Shown: positions 26,417 through 35,713, numbered from the stretch's first letter. The stretch is DNA of 64,000 bases from an uncultured Candidatus Saccharibacteria bacterium (GCA_964574145.1 CAZNKJ010000001.1:16852-80851), one strand, 5' to 3'. A program made the numbers and translations. Notes: generated by a model from the letters alone, not told the origin.

Positions 26417-27304
26417 ATGATTTCAAATTCAAATTCAAATTCAGAAGAAGATGTCAATAAAAAGGATGGCGAAACAGGAGATTTCTCTGCAGAGCGGTTA
26501 AAAATCTTTGGACTAACAGATATTGAGATAAAAATAGTTCTGTGTCTACTGAATGTGGGTCCGTATGGAGTTAGTAAGATTTCACGTGTAACAGATATTC
26601 CGCATACTTCAATTCATTCCGCTATTCGCCGTCTTAAAAAACAAGGGTTGGTTAGGCGGGTCTCGTGTGGGTATTCTAGTGTATGGGAGGTTGTTGGTTT
26701 GGAGAAAATATATAAGAATATTGCCCACTCTCTTGAGTTATTCGAACATTCTCCACCTCAGGAGAGTTTGAACGAGCAAACAGACGCTAATGTTTCAGGT
26801 GAAACACCTTTTCAAGTATTTAAAGGGGTGGAATCTGTCTTGAGGGTATATCAGTGGTTTTTTCTTAACCATTATGGCGAAGTCGTACGAGAGGTACAGG
26901 ATTCAGAGTCGTTTAAGAGCCTTACTACAGTTCTTGGAAAAGAAATGATGGTTCAACTGAGTGATTTTAAGATAATAAACCATACCCGCTCTGAAATCAT
27001 TGTCGAAGAGCCCTTTTTGGATGTATTTAACACATACGCGAAGATAAATAGCCTATGGTTTGCGAAATTAAAGAATAGTGATTTCTTAATAAGGACTGTC
27101 TCTAGAAAAAATCTTGAAAAGAATGTGCATATGATAATTGCCCATAATTCAGCGATAATTATAGATTGGGATAGTATGACCTTAGAGCTAGTTAAGAAAT
27201 CTAGTTTACATAAGTTATTATGTGTATTTTTTCAAAATTTAAATACAGTAAGTGAGCCTCTTAACCAGCCTTATTCTGGTTATCTATTTGAGGAAAAAGA
27301 GTAA
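26417..27304 (+). CDS. Winged-helix (TrmB/MarR-like) transcriptional regulator with a C-terminal uncharacterised domain
   Basis: HTH region DIEIKIVLCLLNVGPYGVSKISRVTDIPHTSIHSAIRRLKKQGLV. The in-frame ATG at 26417 is preferred over the upstream TTG. Confidence 0.55.
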   Translation: MISNSNSNSEEDVNKKDGETGDFSAERLKIFGLTDIEIKIVLCLLNVGPYGVSKISRVTDIPHTSIHSAIRRLKKQGLVRRVSCGYSSVWEVVGLEKIYKNIAHSLELFEHSPPQESLNEQTDANVSGETPFQVFKGVESVLRVYQWFFLNHYGEVVREVQDSESFKSLTTVLGKEMMVQLSDFKIINHTRSEIIVEEPFLDVFNTYAKINSLWFAKLKNSDFLIRTVSRKNLEKNVHMIIAHNSAIIIDWDSMTLELVKKSSLHKLLCVFFQNLNTVSEPLNQPYSGYLFEEKE

Positions 27305-27343
27305 GCGTAGTATAATCAGAGTCGTTTTTGTGTGTTTATCTAG

Positions 27344-27414
27344 GCGGCTATGGTTAAGTGGTATAACACGTCCTTGCCAAGGATGAGTCGGGAGTTCGAT
27401 TCTCCCTAGCCGCA
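27344..27414 (+). tRNA. tRNA-Gly (anticodon GCC)
   Basis: Acceptor GCGGCTA/TAGCCGC, anticodon loop TTGCCAA, and T-arm GGGAGTTCGATTCTCCC. No encoded CCA. Confidence 0.8.
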
Positions 27415-27456
27415 CAAAAATGATCATAAAAGACAAAAAATAGAAAGTTGTCCTTT

Positions 27457-27511
27457 ATATCCACAAGGTTATCCACAAATCGGTGAGTTTGCTCGTATAA
27501 TAAGTGGATAA
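27457..27511. promoter_or_regulatory. Cluster of three DnaA-box-like 9-mers (ATATCCACA, perfect TTATCCACA, and AGTGGATAA on the opposite strand) overlapping a TATAAT -10 element
   Basis: Direct read: tttATATCCACAaggTTATCCACAaatcggtgagtttgctcgTATAATaAGTGGATAAag, followed by ~180 bp of AT-rich DNA before yraN. Confidence 0.45.
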
Positions 27512-27702
27512 AGCTGTGTATTATTAAAAAGTCACTCAAAGTCAAACAAGAACCTGCCGTTGTTTATTTTTTGACTAAATGGCTTTAAATATGTGTAGAA
27601 TCTAGATTCTGGAGATTTTTTAATGTCTTTTATAAAAACATTCCATTATAGAGGATTGATTTAATTATATTATGTTACACATGAAAGCAATAATTATTTT
27701 CC

Positions 27703-28107
27703 ATGGGGAATAACTTTATTTCTACTGCAGAAGTGGGTGATTTGGGGGAGAGTATAGCTTGTAGATTTCTTACAGAAAAGGGTTTTGGTATAGTTACTCG
27801 CAACTATTGGAAAAAATGGGGAGAAATAGACATTGTAGCTGAAAAAAATGGAAAAATACATTTTATTGAGGTAAAAAGTGTTACATGTGAAAATGTTTCT
27901 TTGCAGGTAATGTTGAAAGCTTCAGAATATAGACCTGAAGAAAACGTGCATCCAAAAAAGCTAAAACGTATGCGCAGGGTTATACAATCCTACCTAATAG
28001 AGAAAAATATAAAAGAGGAAAGTTGGATTTTTGATGTTTTAATCGTAGAGATGGATATGAAGAATAGGGTCGCGAAGTGTCGTATGTTAAAGGACATTAT
28101 CCTTTAG
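27703..28107 (+). CDS. yraN: YraN-family (UPF0102) putative endonuclease
   Basis: GDLGESIACRFLTEKGFGIVTRNYW...GEIDIVAEKNGKIHFIEVKS, a PD-(D/E)xK-like YraN signature. Confidence 0.7.
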   Translation: MGNNFISTAEVGDLGESIACRFLTEKGFGIVTRNYWKKWGEIDIVAEKNGKIHFIEVKSVTCENVSLQVMLKASEYRPEENVHPKKLKRMRRVIQSYLIEKNIKEESWIFDVLIVEMDMKNRVAKCRMLKDIIL

Positions 28108-28246
28108 GGCTACTTTTTGCAGAGGTCTAACCTTTGGAATTTTGAATCTTAATATTGTAGTGAATCCTATTAGCGGAGCCACACATAAACACTAGCTTAA
28201 TAGGCGACCCCTAACTGGGCGTTTGAATTTTTGGTATGATTTGAGT

Positions 28247-28945
28247 ATGAAAATTTTTATTACTGGTAGTTCAGGTTTTATAGGAGAGGAATTAGTCAGA
28301 CGTTTGTCTGGAGAGCATGAGGTTGTGGAATATGATTTGGCAAACGGCCAAGATATTTTAGATTACTACAAGTTAAAGAAGGTAATGAGCGGGTGCGATA
28401 CCGTAGTTCATCTCGCAGCCATTCGCGGTCCTGACGAAACTAAGACCTTTCGGGATTATTTTGAAGTCAATTGTCAGGGGACATTCAATGTAGTGCAATC
28501 TGCAATCGAAAACAGCGTCAAGCGGATGGTATACTCCAGCTCAACTGGATATTATGGGCTAGAGAGAGGGGTGCCCTATATCAAACCGATTAGGGAACCA
28601 AATCTTATAATTACGCAACATTTAAAAGCAGAGCAGTTAAATTGTAGGGATTGTGATGTTGCTTATTCAACTAGTAAGGTTATCGCTGAGCAAATCCTTG
28701 CGAATTACGGTCTGAGAAAAAAAATAGAGGTGGTAATTTTGAGGTTGGGGCCAATCGGGTCTGAACAACATGAAAGCTGGGGGGTTGATGGAATTACATT
28801 AAAGATAGACGGCGCCCTGCAGGCTATTGAAAAAGCAATAATGACAGGTAAAAAGATATGGTATGAAGCGCTTACTATTACGGACAAATCGAATGAGGTT
28901 GATCTTTCTAGAGCTGAAGAAGTTTTAGGCTATAGTCCGCTTTAA
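28247..28945 (+). CDS. NAD-dependent epimerase/dehydratase family protein (short-chain, Rossmann fold)
   Basis: MKIFITGSSGFIGEELVRRL contains the GxxGxxG motif, and YSTSK matches the catalytic YxxxK. Confidence 0.75.
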   Translation: MKIFITGSSGFIGEELVRRLSGEHEVVEYDLANGQDILDYYKLKKVMSGCDTVVHLAAIRGPDETKTFRDYFEVNCQGTFNVVQSAIENSVKRMVYSSSTGYYGLERGVPYIKPIREPNLIITQHLKAEQLNCRDCDVAYSTSKVIAEQILANYGLRKKIEVVILRLGPIGSEQHESWGVDGITLKIDGALQAIEKAIMTGKKIWYEALTITDKSNEVDLSRAEEVLGYSPL

Positions 28946-29089
28946 CTGTCCAAACAGGTATAGCAGCCTCTCGTTTTTCATGTAATAGGTTCGAATAGCG
29001 TCTACGACCCGGACAGATACTTAAGACGTGCTACAAATGATAGATTGAGTTTATGGGATTAAACTGGTACTATTCGCACATTGTATAAA

Positions 29090-29160
29090 CGGGGCGTAGC
29101 ATAGTGGTAGTGTACTCGGTTTGGGACCGAGCGGTCCGAGTTCGATTCTCGGCGCCCCGA
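29090..29160 (+). tRNA. tRNA-Pro (anticodon TGG)
   Basis: Acceptor CGGGGCG/CGCCCCG, anticodon stem CTCGG/CCGAG with loop TTTGGGA, and T-arm CCGAGTTCGATTCTCGG. No encoded CCA. Confidence 0.8.
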
Positions 29161-29180
29161 TGATTTGATTGTACTTATAT

Positions 29181-30698
29181 ATGTTTTATGGCTTTTTAAA
29201 AAAAATAAAGACATTTTCAGAAAAGTTTGGCTTGAAAAAAAGTCTCGTTGCGGGGGCTGTTTTGATTATCTTAGTTTATTTTTTAGTTGGGTCTTTTAAG
29301 AAGAGTTTTGTTGAGTTGCCTGTAAATCTACCTGTCGTTGTGAATATAGCAAGTGTTCGTAGTTTAAGTGAAGAGAGGGAAGCATTGTCGGTTCTAGGAA
29401 AGGTGATGTCCCAAACAGAAGCAAATATTCAGACAGAGTCTCGTGGGCAGATTACTCGAGTTCTATACACTTTGGGGGATAATGTATATGCTGGTGCTGT
29501 GATTGCTGAGCTTAGAAATGTTTCAGAAAGAGCAAATGTGAGACAGGCCCAAGCTGTGCTGGATAATTTGGTAAAAAGTTCTTCGCGGGAAGAATCAGAT
29601 GCACGTACTGGAGCCATTAATGCATACAGAAATATTTTCACTTTAGCTTCAGACGCTATTTTTAATCGAGCTGATCAATTTTTTGATAACCCCCAAACAT
29701 CTGCTCCAAGAATAAACATAAGTTTTTTTGGTGTTGGTGATATCAACAAAAGACGTTCTAAGGTTGGTGAAATACTTACAGGTTGGCAGAGAGGTCTCAA
29801 AAATATTTCACTGGAAAGTGATCTATACAAACAGATTGATCAAGTAAAACAAGATTTGTTTATCATACAAACTTTTTTAGTAGATTTGTCTGGTTCGGTG
29901 AATAGACAAAAAATATCAAGCTCTTTATCTCAAAATTCGCTTGATTTACAGAAATCTTCCATATCTATAGCTCGGTCTAATATAGACGCTGGTATTATAA
30001 GTCTTACAAAGTCTGAAGACAGACTAAATAGCACGAGATTGCTTTATGGTAAAGAGTATGTGAGTGAGAAAAGTGAAAAAATTGCTGTTGCAAAAGCAGC
30101 TTTGTCCTCAGCTCAGGCATCTCTTGAAAAAACTATTGTTAGGGCACCGATAAGCGGTACTATTAACATGCTGAAGCTTGAATTGGGAGATTTTGTATCG
30201 GCATTCACACCAATAGTGACTATTGCAAATAATGATGCGTTACAGATTGAGTCGTTTATTACAGAAGATGACAAAGCAGATCTAGCTGTTGGGAGTAATG
30301 CCCTCATAGACGGTCGTTATAAGGGTATCATTATACGTATTGCTCCGGCACTAGACCCTCGTACAAAAAAAATCCAAATTAAAATTGGGATTAAAGATAA
30401 AAATACGAATCTTATAAATGGCGAATCAGTTGAAGTATTGTTAGAACGTAGAGCAGGTGTTTCAAATAGAAAAGAGGTTGAGATTGCTATTCCTCTCTCT
30501 TCGCTAAAGGTTATGTCAAACTCAACAATAGTTTTTACAGTGGATAAGGATAGCCGTTTGGTCGCACACCCTGTCCTTGGGGGATTGATTCTGGGTGGGA
30601 AGGTTATTATTAAAGAAGGGATTACTCAAGATATGTTTATTGTTCTTGATGCTCGTGGGTTAAGGTCTGGACAAGAAGTGGAGGTTGTTTCTAACTAA
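29181..30698 (+). CDS. HlyD/efflux-adaptor (membrane fusion protein) family periplasmic adaptor subunit
   Basis: N-terminal TM, coiled-coil middle region, and a C-terminal beta-barrel motif IVRAPISGTINMLKLELGDFV. It overlaps the downstream RND gene by 14 nt. Confidence 0.75.
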   Translation: MFYGFLKKIKTFSEKFGLKKSLVAGAVLIILVYFLVGSFKKSFVELPVNLPVVVNIASVRSLSEEREALSVLGKVMSQTEANIQTESRGQITRVLYTLGDNVYAGAVIAELRNVSERANVRQAQAVLDNLVKSSSREESDARTGAINAYRNIFTLASDAIFNRADQFFDNPQTSAPRINISFFGVGDINKRRSKVGEILTGWQRGLKNISLESDLYKQIDQVKQDLFIIQTFLVDLSGSVNRQKISSSLSQNSLDLQKSSISIARSNIDAGIISLTKSEDRLNSTRLLYGKEYVSEKSEKIAVAKAALSSAQASLEKTIVRAPISGTINMLKLELGDFVSAFTPIVTIANNDALQIESFITEDDKADLAVGSNALIDGRYKGIIIRIAPALDPRTKKIQIKIGIKDKNTNLINGESVEVLLERRAGVSNRKEVEIAIPLSSLKVMSNSTIVFTVDKDSRLVAHPVLGGLILGGKVIIKEGITQDMFIVLDARGLRSGQEVEVVSN

Positions 30699-33600
30699 TT
30701 TTATGTATAACATCTGGAGTTTTTTTATACACAAAAGTCGTTTCAGCTATTTATTTTTAATTACATTAGTTGGTTTTGGATTTTTCTCAGTATTAACTAT
30801 CCCAAAAGAATCTGCTCCTGAGGTTCAGATACCTGTTGGTACAGTTACCGTCACTTTTCCAGGAGCTTCTGCCCTGGATGTTGAGAAGCTTGTTACTAAC
30901 AAAATAGAAGAAGGATTAGAAGGAGGCCTTGATAATCTAGATAAGATTGTTTCTTCTTCACAAGAGGGGGTTTCTGTAGTAACAGCTAAGTTTAATGCAG
31001 ATGCTGACATTGATGTGTCTATTCAGAAGCTTCGTGAAGAAGTTGATAAAATCAAACCAGAACTTCCTACTAATTCTAACGATCCGATTATTTCGGAAAT
31101 TAATTTTGTTGACCAGCCTATTATCACCATAGCAATTTCTGGCAATCTCTTACCTCAAGAGTTTGTTCAGTTAGCGCGAGAGGTTAAAAGTAGAATTCTT
31201 AGTATTCAAGGTATCTCAAAAGTGAATATTTCCGGTATGCGAGATCGGGAAGTTCAGGTGATTGTTAATAAGGACGCCCTTAATACATTTGATTTACGTC
31301 TAGTTGACGTTGTTGGGGCTATACGGTTAACAAATAGTGCTTTACCAGTTGGGTCTATTACGGTTGATGATGTTAAATATAATATTGAATTTGCTGGTGA
31401 TATAAGGGAGCCGTCGGAAATCGCCGATATCGCTGTGCTTTCGTCTGCAGGGGAACCCGTTTATGTTCGTGATTTTGCCTCAGTGTTTGACGGGCTAACA
31501 AAAGTGACCACTCTCTCTAGAGTAAGTGTGAACGGCAGTCCGTCGCAATCCGCTCTTTCTCTTAATGTTTTTAAAAACACAGGCGGAGATATAACAAAAT
31601 TAACAAAAGAGGTTCGTGGCGCGTTTGAGAATATGCAAAAGGAAGGAGAGATTCTCAGCGATACGGATGTTTTAGTTGTTTTTGATAGAGGGAAACTTTT
31701 AAAGAAGGATCTTACTAATCTTAGTCGGTCGGGATTACAAACCATTGTTCTTGTGATGGTAATTCTTTTTCTTACTATTGGGTGGAGAGAAGCTTTAATT
31801 GCTGGAAGTGCCATACCATTATCTTTTCTGATAGCTTTTATTGGGTTGTTTAATTTTGGGAACACTCTCAATTTTGTCAGTCTTTTTGCTCTTATTTTAG
31901 CCATCGGAATTTTGGTTGACTCAGCTATCGTTGTTGTAGAAGGTATTCATACTCACATGAAGAAAGGTGTGGGGAAGAAGGAGGCATCCTTACTTGCTAT
32001 AAAAGAGTTTCATTCACCTCTTACTTCTGGGACTCTTACTACTGTGGCTGTGTTTGCGCCACTTTTTTTAATATCAGGCATAACTGGAAAATTTATTGCA
32101 AGTATTCCATTTACTATTATTTTTGTTTTACTGGCTTCCCTTTTAGTAGCTTTAGGTCTCGTTCCTCTAGTCGCTTCAGTGGTCTTACGTAGAAGAACAA
32201 TAGGTGCAGTTGAAAAGTGGCAAGAAGTTTTTATAACTAAACTACAAATTTGGTACAAATATTATCTATTGCGTATTTTGGGGTATCGAAATCGCGAGTA
32301 TATATTTATGGGCAGTCTTCTTATTGTATTTACCCTGACCCTTATGTTTCCTTTGGTAGGCTTGGTGAAGGTGGAGTTTTTTGGACAAGAGAATGTTGAT
32401 TGGGTTGTTGTTGGAGTAGAGAAAACACAGGGAACAACCTTAGGTGACAGCGATTTTGAGGTTAGAAAGGTTGAAGAGCTTCTTTATAACAAACCATACA
32501 TTGAATCTTTTTTAACAACCGTTGGTCGCTCCAGCGCTTTTATTGGAGACGGAGGTGTCTCTAGAGATTCTAAACTTGCTAATATATTCATAACCCTGCG
32601 TCCAAAACGAAACCTTACAAGTACTGAGATAGTTAATGATTTACGTCGCACACTTTCTTCTATACGCACGTCTAGTATTAAAGTCAGTCAGCCAAATTCT
32701 GGTCCGCCTGTCGGCGCACCAATATCAATTTCTTTTTTAGGAGATAATTTAGAAGAGCTTGATAGAGTTGTTTCTAACGCTGCGGGTTTGTTGACAACGA
32801 TTCCCGGCACTACAGAAGTTTCAACAAGCGCACGTAATGATAATACAGAATTTGTAATTACTGTAGACAAAGCGCGGGCAACAGAACTTGGACTTAATTC
32901 AAATATTCTAGCTCAAACGTTAAGAGCTTCTGTGTATGGGGCAAAAGCTACAACAATAAAAAATTTTAGTGAAGATATAGATGTTGTTGTTAAGTTAAAC
33001 CTGAACTCGGCATATCGTAACCCCCACGACACTTCGCGTACGACAATAGACACTATACGTCAGATGGGTATTGGGACAGCTTCTGGTCCAGTGTTGCTCG
33101 GCTCTATAGTGAACATTTCTCTTAAAAAGAGCAGTGCTGTGATCCAACATGAAAGACGTAAACGAGCGGTCGTTCTTTCAGGGCAACTTGTTGAAGGCGC
33201 GAACACTCGGGAAGTAGTTGCGCAATTTCGTTCACGATTAAACGAAATTAAAGTTCCAGATGGAATATCTGTTATTGTCGGCGGGGAAGATAAAGAAGAG
33301 AGTCAGTCTTTTCGTGATATGTTTTGGGCTTTGGTTCTAGGAATCATTCTGATGTTCACGATTCTTGTGCTTCAATTTAATTCATACAGATATGCTATCT
33401 ATGTATTAATGATAGTTCCATTTTCTCTTATTGGTATTATGTTTGGGTTGGCATTAACCGGCAAAGCTTTGTCGTTTACTTCCATTATGGGTTTCATAGC
33501 TTTGTCGGGGATAGTTGTGAATAACTCCATTATTCTTATAGACAAGATGAATAACTTGCGAAAAAAGAATCCAGAAAAACCCTACAAAGAATTAGTTGTA

Positions 33601-33816
33601 GAAGCTTCTACTGCACGCTTGCGCCCGATCGCCCTCACAACCTTAACGACAGTTATTGGAGTCATTCCACTCATTTTTGTTTCTGAGTTATGGGCACCGT
33701 TGGCTTACGCTATTATGTTTGGGCTCTCGTTCTCTGTCATTATTACTTTGTTTTTAATCCCTGTTATCTATAATCGTTGGCCGGGTGGGGGGCGGGAGGA
33801 CAAAAAAATAAGTTAA
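30685..33816 (+). CDS. RND-family efflux transporter permease (AcrB/HAE1-like)
   Basis: 1043 aa with 12 TM segments in two blocks and two large extracytoplasmic loops; typical motifs ALILAIGILVDSAIVVVE and GFIALSGIVVNNSIILID. Confidence 0.9.
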   Translation: MFLTNFMYNIWSFFIHKSRFSYLFLITLVGFGFFSVLTIPKESAPEVQIPVGTVTVTFPGASALDVEKLVTNKIEEGLEGGLDNLDKIVSSSQEGVSVVTAKFNADADIDVSIQKLREEVDKIKPELPTNSNDPIISEINFVDQPIITIAISGNLLPQEFVQLAREVKSRILSIQGISKVNISGMRDREVQVIVNKDALNTFDLRLVDVVGAIRLTNSALPVGSITVDDVKYNIEFAGDIREPSEIADIAVLSSAGEPVYVRDFASVFDGLTKVTTLSRVSVNGSPSQSALSLNVFKNTGGDITKLTKEVRGAFENMQKEGEILSDTDVLVVFDRGKLLKKDLTNLSRSGLQTIVLVMVILFLTIGWREALIAGSAIPLSFLIAFIGLFNFGNTLNFVSLFALILAIGILVDSAIVVVEGIHTHMKKGVGKKEASLLAIKEFHSPLTSGTLTTVAVFAPLFLISGITGKFIASIPFTIIFVLLASLLVALGLVPLVASVVLRRRTIGAVEKWQEVFITKLQIWYKYYLLRILGYRNREYIFMGSLLIVFTLTLMFPLVGLVKVEFFGQENVDWVVVGVEKTQGTTLGDSDFEVRKVEELLYNKPYIESFLTTVGRSSAFIGDGGVSRDSKLANIFITLRPKRNLTSTEIVNDLRRTLSSIRTSSIKVSQPNSGPPVGAPISISFLGDNLEELDRVVSNAAGLLTTIPGTTEVSTSARNDNTEFVITVDKARATELGLNSNILAQTLRASVYGAKATTIKNFSEDIDVVVKLNLNSAYRNPHDTSRTTIDTIRQMGIGTASGPVLLGSIVNISLKKSSAVIQHERRKRAVVLSGQLVEGANTREVVAQFRSRLNEIKVPDGISVIVGGEDKEESQSFRDMFWALVLGIILMFTILVLQFNSYRYAIYVLMIVPFSLIGIMFGLALTGKALSFTSIMGFIALSGIVVNNSIILIDKMNNLRKKNPEKPYKELVVEASTARLRPIALTTLTTVIGVIPLIFVSELWAPLAYAIMFGLSFSVIITLFLIPVIYNRWPGGGREDKKIS

Positions 33817-34056
33817 GTTATTTTATTCGTCAATATGTTTTTTTATTGGGCATACGTGTTTCTAGTAGAGTAATTCAGTTTGCAGTTTTTCTGATTAGTA
33901 GAGGAACTAATGTGAAAACATTAGGAGAAGAGGAGTTTGTAGATAAATTTGTCTTTTTTATTTCTAAATTAAAAATAGAAATTTGTCCTATAAGTAACGG
34001 TATTAGAAATCGCGCACGTTTCACTGATGTATTTTTAATATAAAGAAGTTTTTATC

Positions 34057-35217
34057 TCATTGAGACTTTTTATTGAGAGAGTTTAATAATAATTTTGTTA
34101 GGAGAGGGGCAGTTGTTAGATTAAAAGCCTGTGATCGTAATAGAAGATTCCCTGCGAGAAGTTGTTCAAAAGTTGTTCCATTTTCTTTTATAAGATTTCT
34201 ATTTATATAGGCGGGTGTGAGTGCGCGTAGTTCACGGTTTAGCACTAGAGCGTTAGTTGTGCTGGTAACAATGAGCCCAACTAGAGAATCGTCTTTATTT
34301 ATTATCGCTCCGCCTGAAGATCCTCGTTGAGCAGCGATGTTTCCTAGCATACCAAAGAGATCAAGAAAATTGTCTCCAAATGTAAAGAGTGTTCCCACTG
34401 ATGTCTCTGTTGATACGAGATACAGGCTGTCTTTTACAGCCTGACTCTCTGCTATGATTGCAGGGTAACTTATTACAAATACTGAATCTTTTTTCTTTAC
34501 AACTTCCTCACGTGTATTGATTTGAATATATGGAAAAGAAGAAGGAACCAAAATATCTTTCTCAATTGATTTTGTAATATAAAGCAAGGCATAATCTTCT
34601 TTTCCCGTTCCGGAAGGGTTTTTTAGTGTAAGACTGTCTGAATTAGCTTGTATCCAAGTAATAGGGATGTATAGAAGAGAGGCCTCGTATGTATCTCTGG
34701 CAGGATTACCTGTTCGAATGGAGCATTTTGTCGCATCTTTTTTTGGATAATCAGTGAGTAGGAAATATTGGGCGATATGTGCGTTGGTGAGAATAACTCC
34801 TTGTTCGCTTACAATGACACCACTTCCAGTTACTGTTTGAATAGATCTCTCTTTTCTCGTTTCGCAAAATATATTTACAACAGCAGACCGAGCTTTTTTG
34901 TTAATAGTAGCAGGAAAGTTTACCGTTTTTTGTGGTTTTTTGCTCACTGGAGCAGTTATAGTTTTTTTTGTAGGCTTTTGGTTTACTACTGTTTCTTGTT
35001 TTTGTTTAGTTTCTAGCCCTTTTGATTTAATTTGCTTCGGGTATTCTGTGGATATATTAGTTTCAGCTTCTGGGGTATGTTCCTCTGGCAGAGGTGCTTG
35101 TAGGGGGGCGTTCTTGTTTGTTTGAGAGACATCTCCACTAAAGAAGGCTGAGATGGTAAGAAAGACAGCCGCTACGATAGAAAGAACCCCTTTTAAGATA
35201 TTAAAAATAACAGGCAT
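34057..35217 (-). CDS. Membrane-anchored trypsin-like (S1-family) serine protease
   Basis: An N-terminal TM precedes the His-motif GSGVIVSEQGVILTNAHI and the Ser-motif QRGSSGGAIINKDDSLVGLIVTS. No PDZ domain. Confidence 0.75.
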   Translation of the reverse strand: MPVIFNILKGVLSIVAAVFLTISAFFSGDVSQTNKNAPLQAPLPEEHTPEAETNISTEYPKQIKSKGLETKQKQETVVNQKPTKKTITAPVSKKPQKTVNFPATINKKARSAVVNIFCETRKERSIQTVTGSGVIVSEQGVILTNAHIAQYFLLTDYPKKDATKCSIRTGNPARDTYEASLLYIPITWIQANSDSLTLKNPSGTGKEDYALLYITKSIEKDILVPSSFPYIQINTREEVVKKKDSVFVISYPAIIAESQAVKDSLYLVSTETSVGTLFTFGDNFLDLFGMLGNIAAQRGSSGGAIINKDDSLVGLIVTSTTNALVLNRELRALTPAYINRNLIKENGTTFEQLLAGNLLLRSQAFNLTTAPLLTKLLLNSLNKKSQ

Positions 35218-35379
35218 ATAATTTTTTCAGTATACCATTTCTGTATAAAGGGATGTTTCAGTTTTAGTTGGTCTAGATTAAACAAAAAGTAAATTATATA
35301 AGAGAAAGTAGTGTTTATTTAATTCATTTCAGGAACAGGCAGGTCTTATTTTTAATTATACAATTTTGCTTTTTAGAGG

Positions 35380-35407
35380 TTGACAATTATGTCACAAAGT
35401 GTATACT
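35380..35407 (+). promoter_or_regulatory. Near-consensus sigma70 promoter (TTGACA - 16 bp - TATACT)
   Basis: Direct read: ggTTGACAattatgtcacaaagtgTATACTcta. Confidence 0.45.
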
Positions 35408-35433
35408 CTAGTAGTAGAACTTGGTTGGTTTCA

Positions 35434-35461
35434 GCCGAGTTTTTATATCGGCATCTTTTTT
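35434..35461 (+). terminator. Short hairpin plus U-tract (GCCGAgtttttataTCGGCatctttttt), ~27 nt downstream of the predicted TSS; attenuator or tiny-sRNA terminator
   Basis: 5-bp GC stem followed by ATCTTTTTT. Confidence 0.4.
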
Positions 35462-35523
35462 AGGTGCCATCTATTATCAGGATTTTAACTGCTTATGTGG
35501 TTGGAATTAACTGAATATTCATT

Positions 35524-35634
35524 ATGAATCCAGAAGAGAACACAACTCCAGAGGGAGGTGAGGCTACTACTACTCCTGCTGAGGGAGAGACTACTGAAGC
35601 TCCTGCTGAGAATAATGGTGAGGCAGCTGCCTAA
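35524..35634 (+). CDS. Putative 36-aa acidic peptide (MNPEENTTPEGGEATTTPAEGETTEAPAENNGEAAA)
   Basis: Short ORF absent from the ORF track. It sits between the promoter/attenuator pair and a strong terminator. No SD sequence, so coding status is uncertain. Confidence 0.3.
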   Translation: MNPEENTTPEGGEATTTPAEGETTEAPAENNGEAAA

Positions 35635-35650
35635 CTATTAGTTCACAAAC

Positions 35651-35686
35651 AAAAGCCCTGTCTTATGACAGGGCTTTTGTTTTTTA
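35651..35686 (+). terminator. Rho-independent terminator
   Basis: AAAAGCCCTGTCttatGACAGGGCTTTTGTTTTTT. Confidence 0.65.
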
Positions 35687-35713
35687 CTAAATTTCAGTTA
35701 CTATATACAAACT

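Noticed and set aside
27354-27545. 63-aa minus-strand ORF from the ORF track
   Set aside because: It overlaps tRNA-Gly(GCC) and the DnaA-box region and has no coding features; it is spurious.
28980-29089. Possible tRNA remnant (GGTTCGAAT T-loop-like string) upstream of tRNA-Pro
   Set aside because: I could not fold an acceptor or anticodon stem around it. It is only a T-loop-like 9-mer, which is insufficient.
33777-34043. 88-aa plus-strand ORF after the RND permease
   Set aside because: It overlaps the permease's 3' end and AT-rich intergenic DNA and has no motifs; it is probably non-coding.
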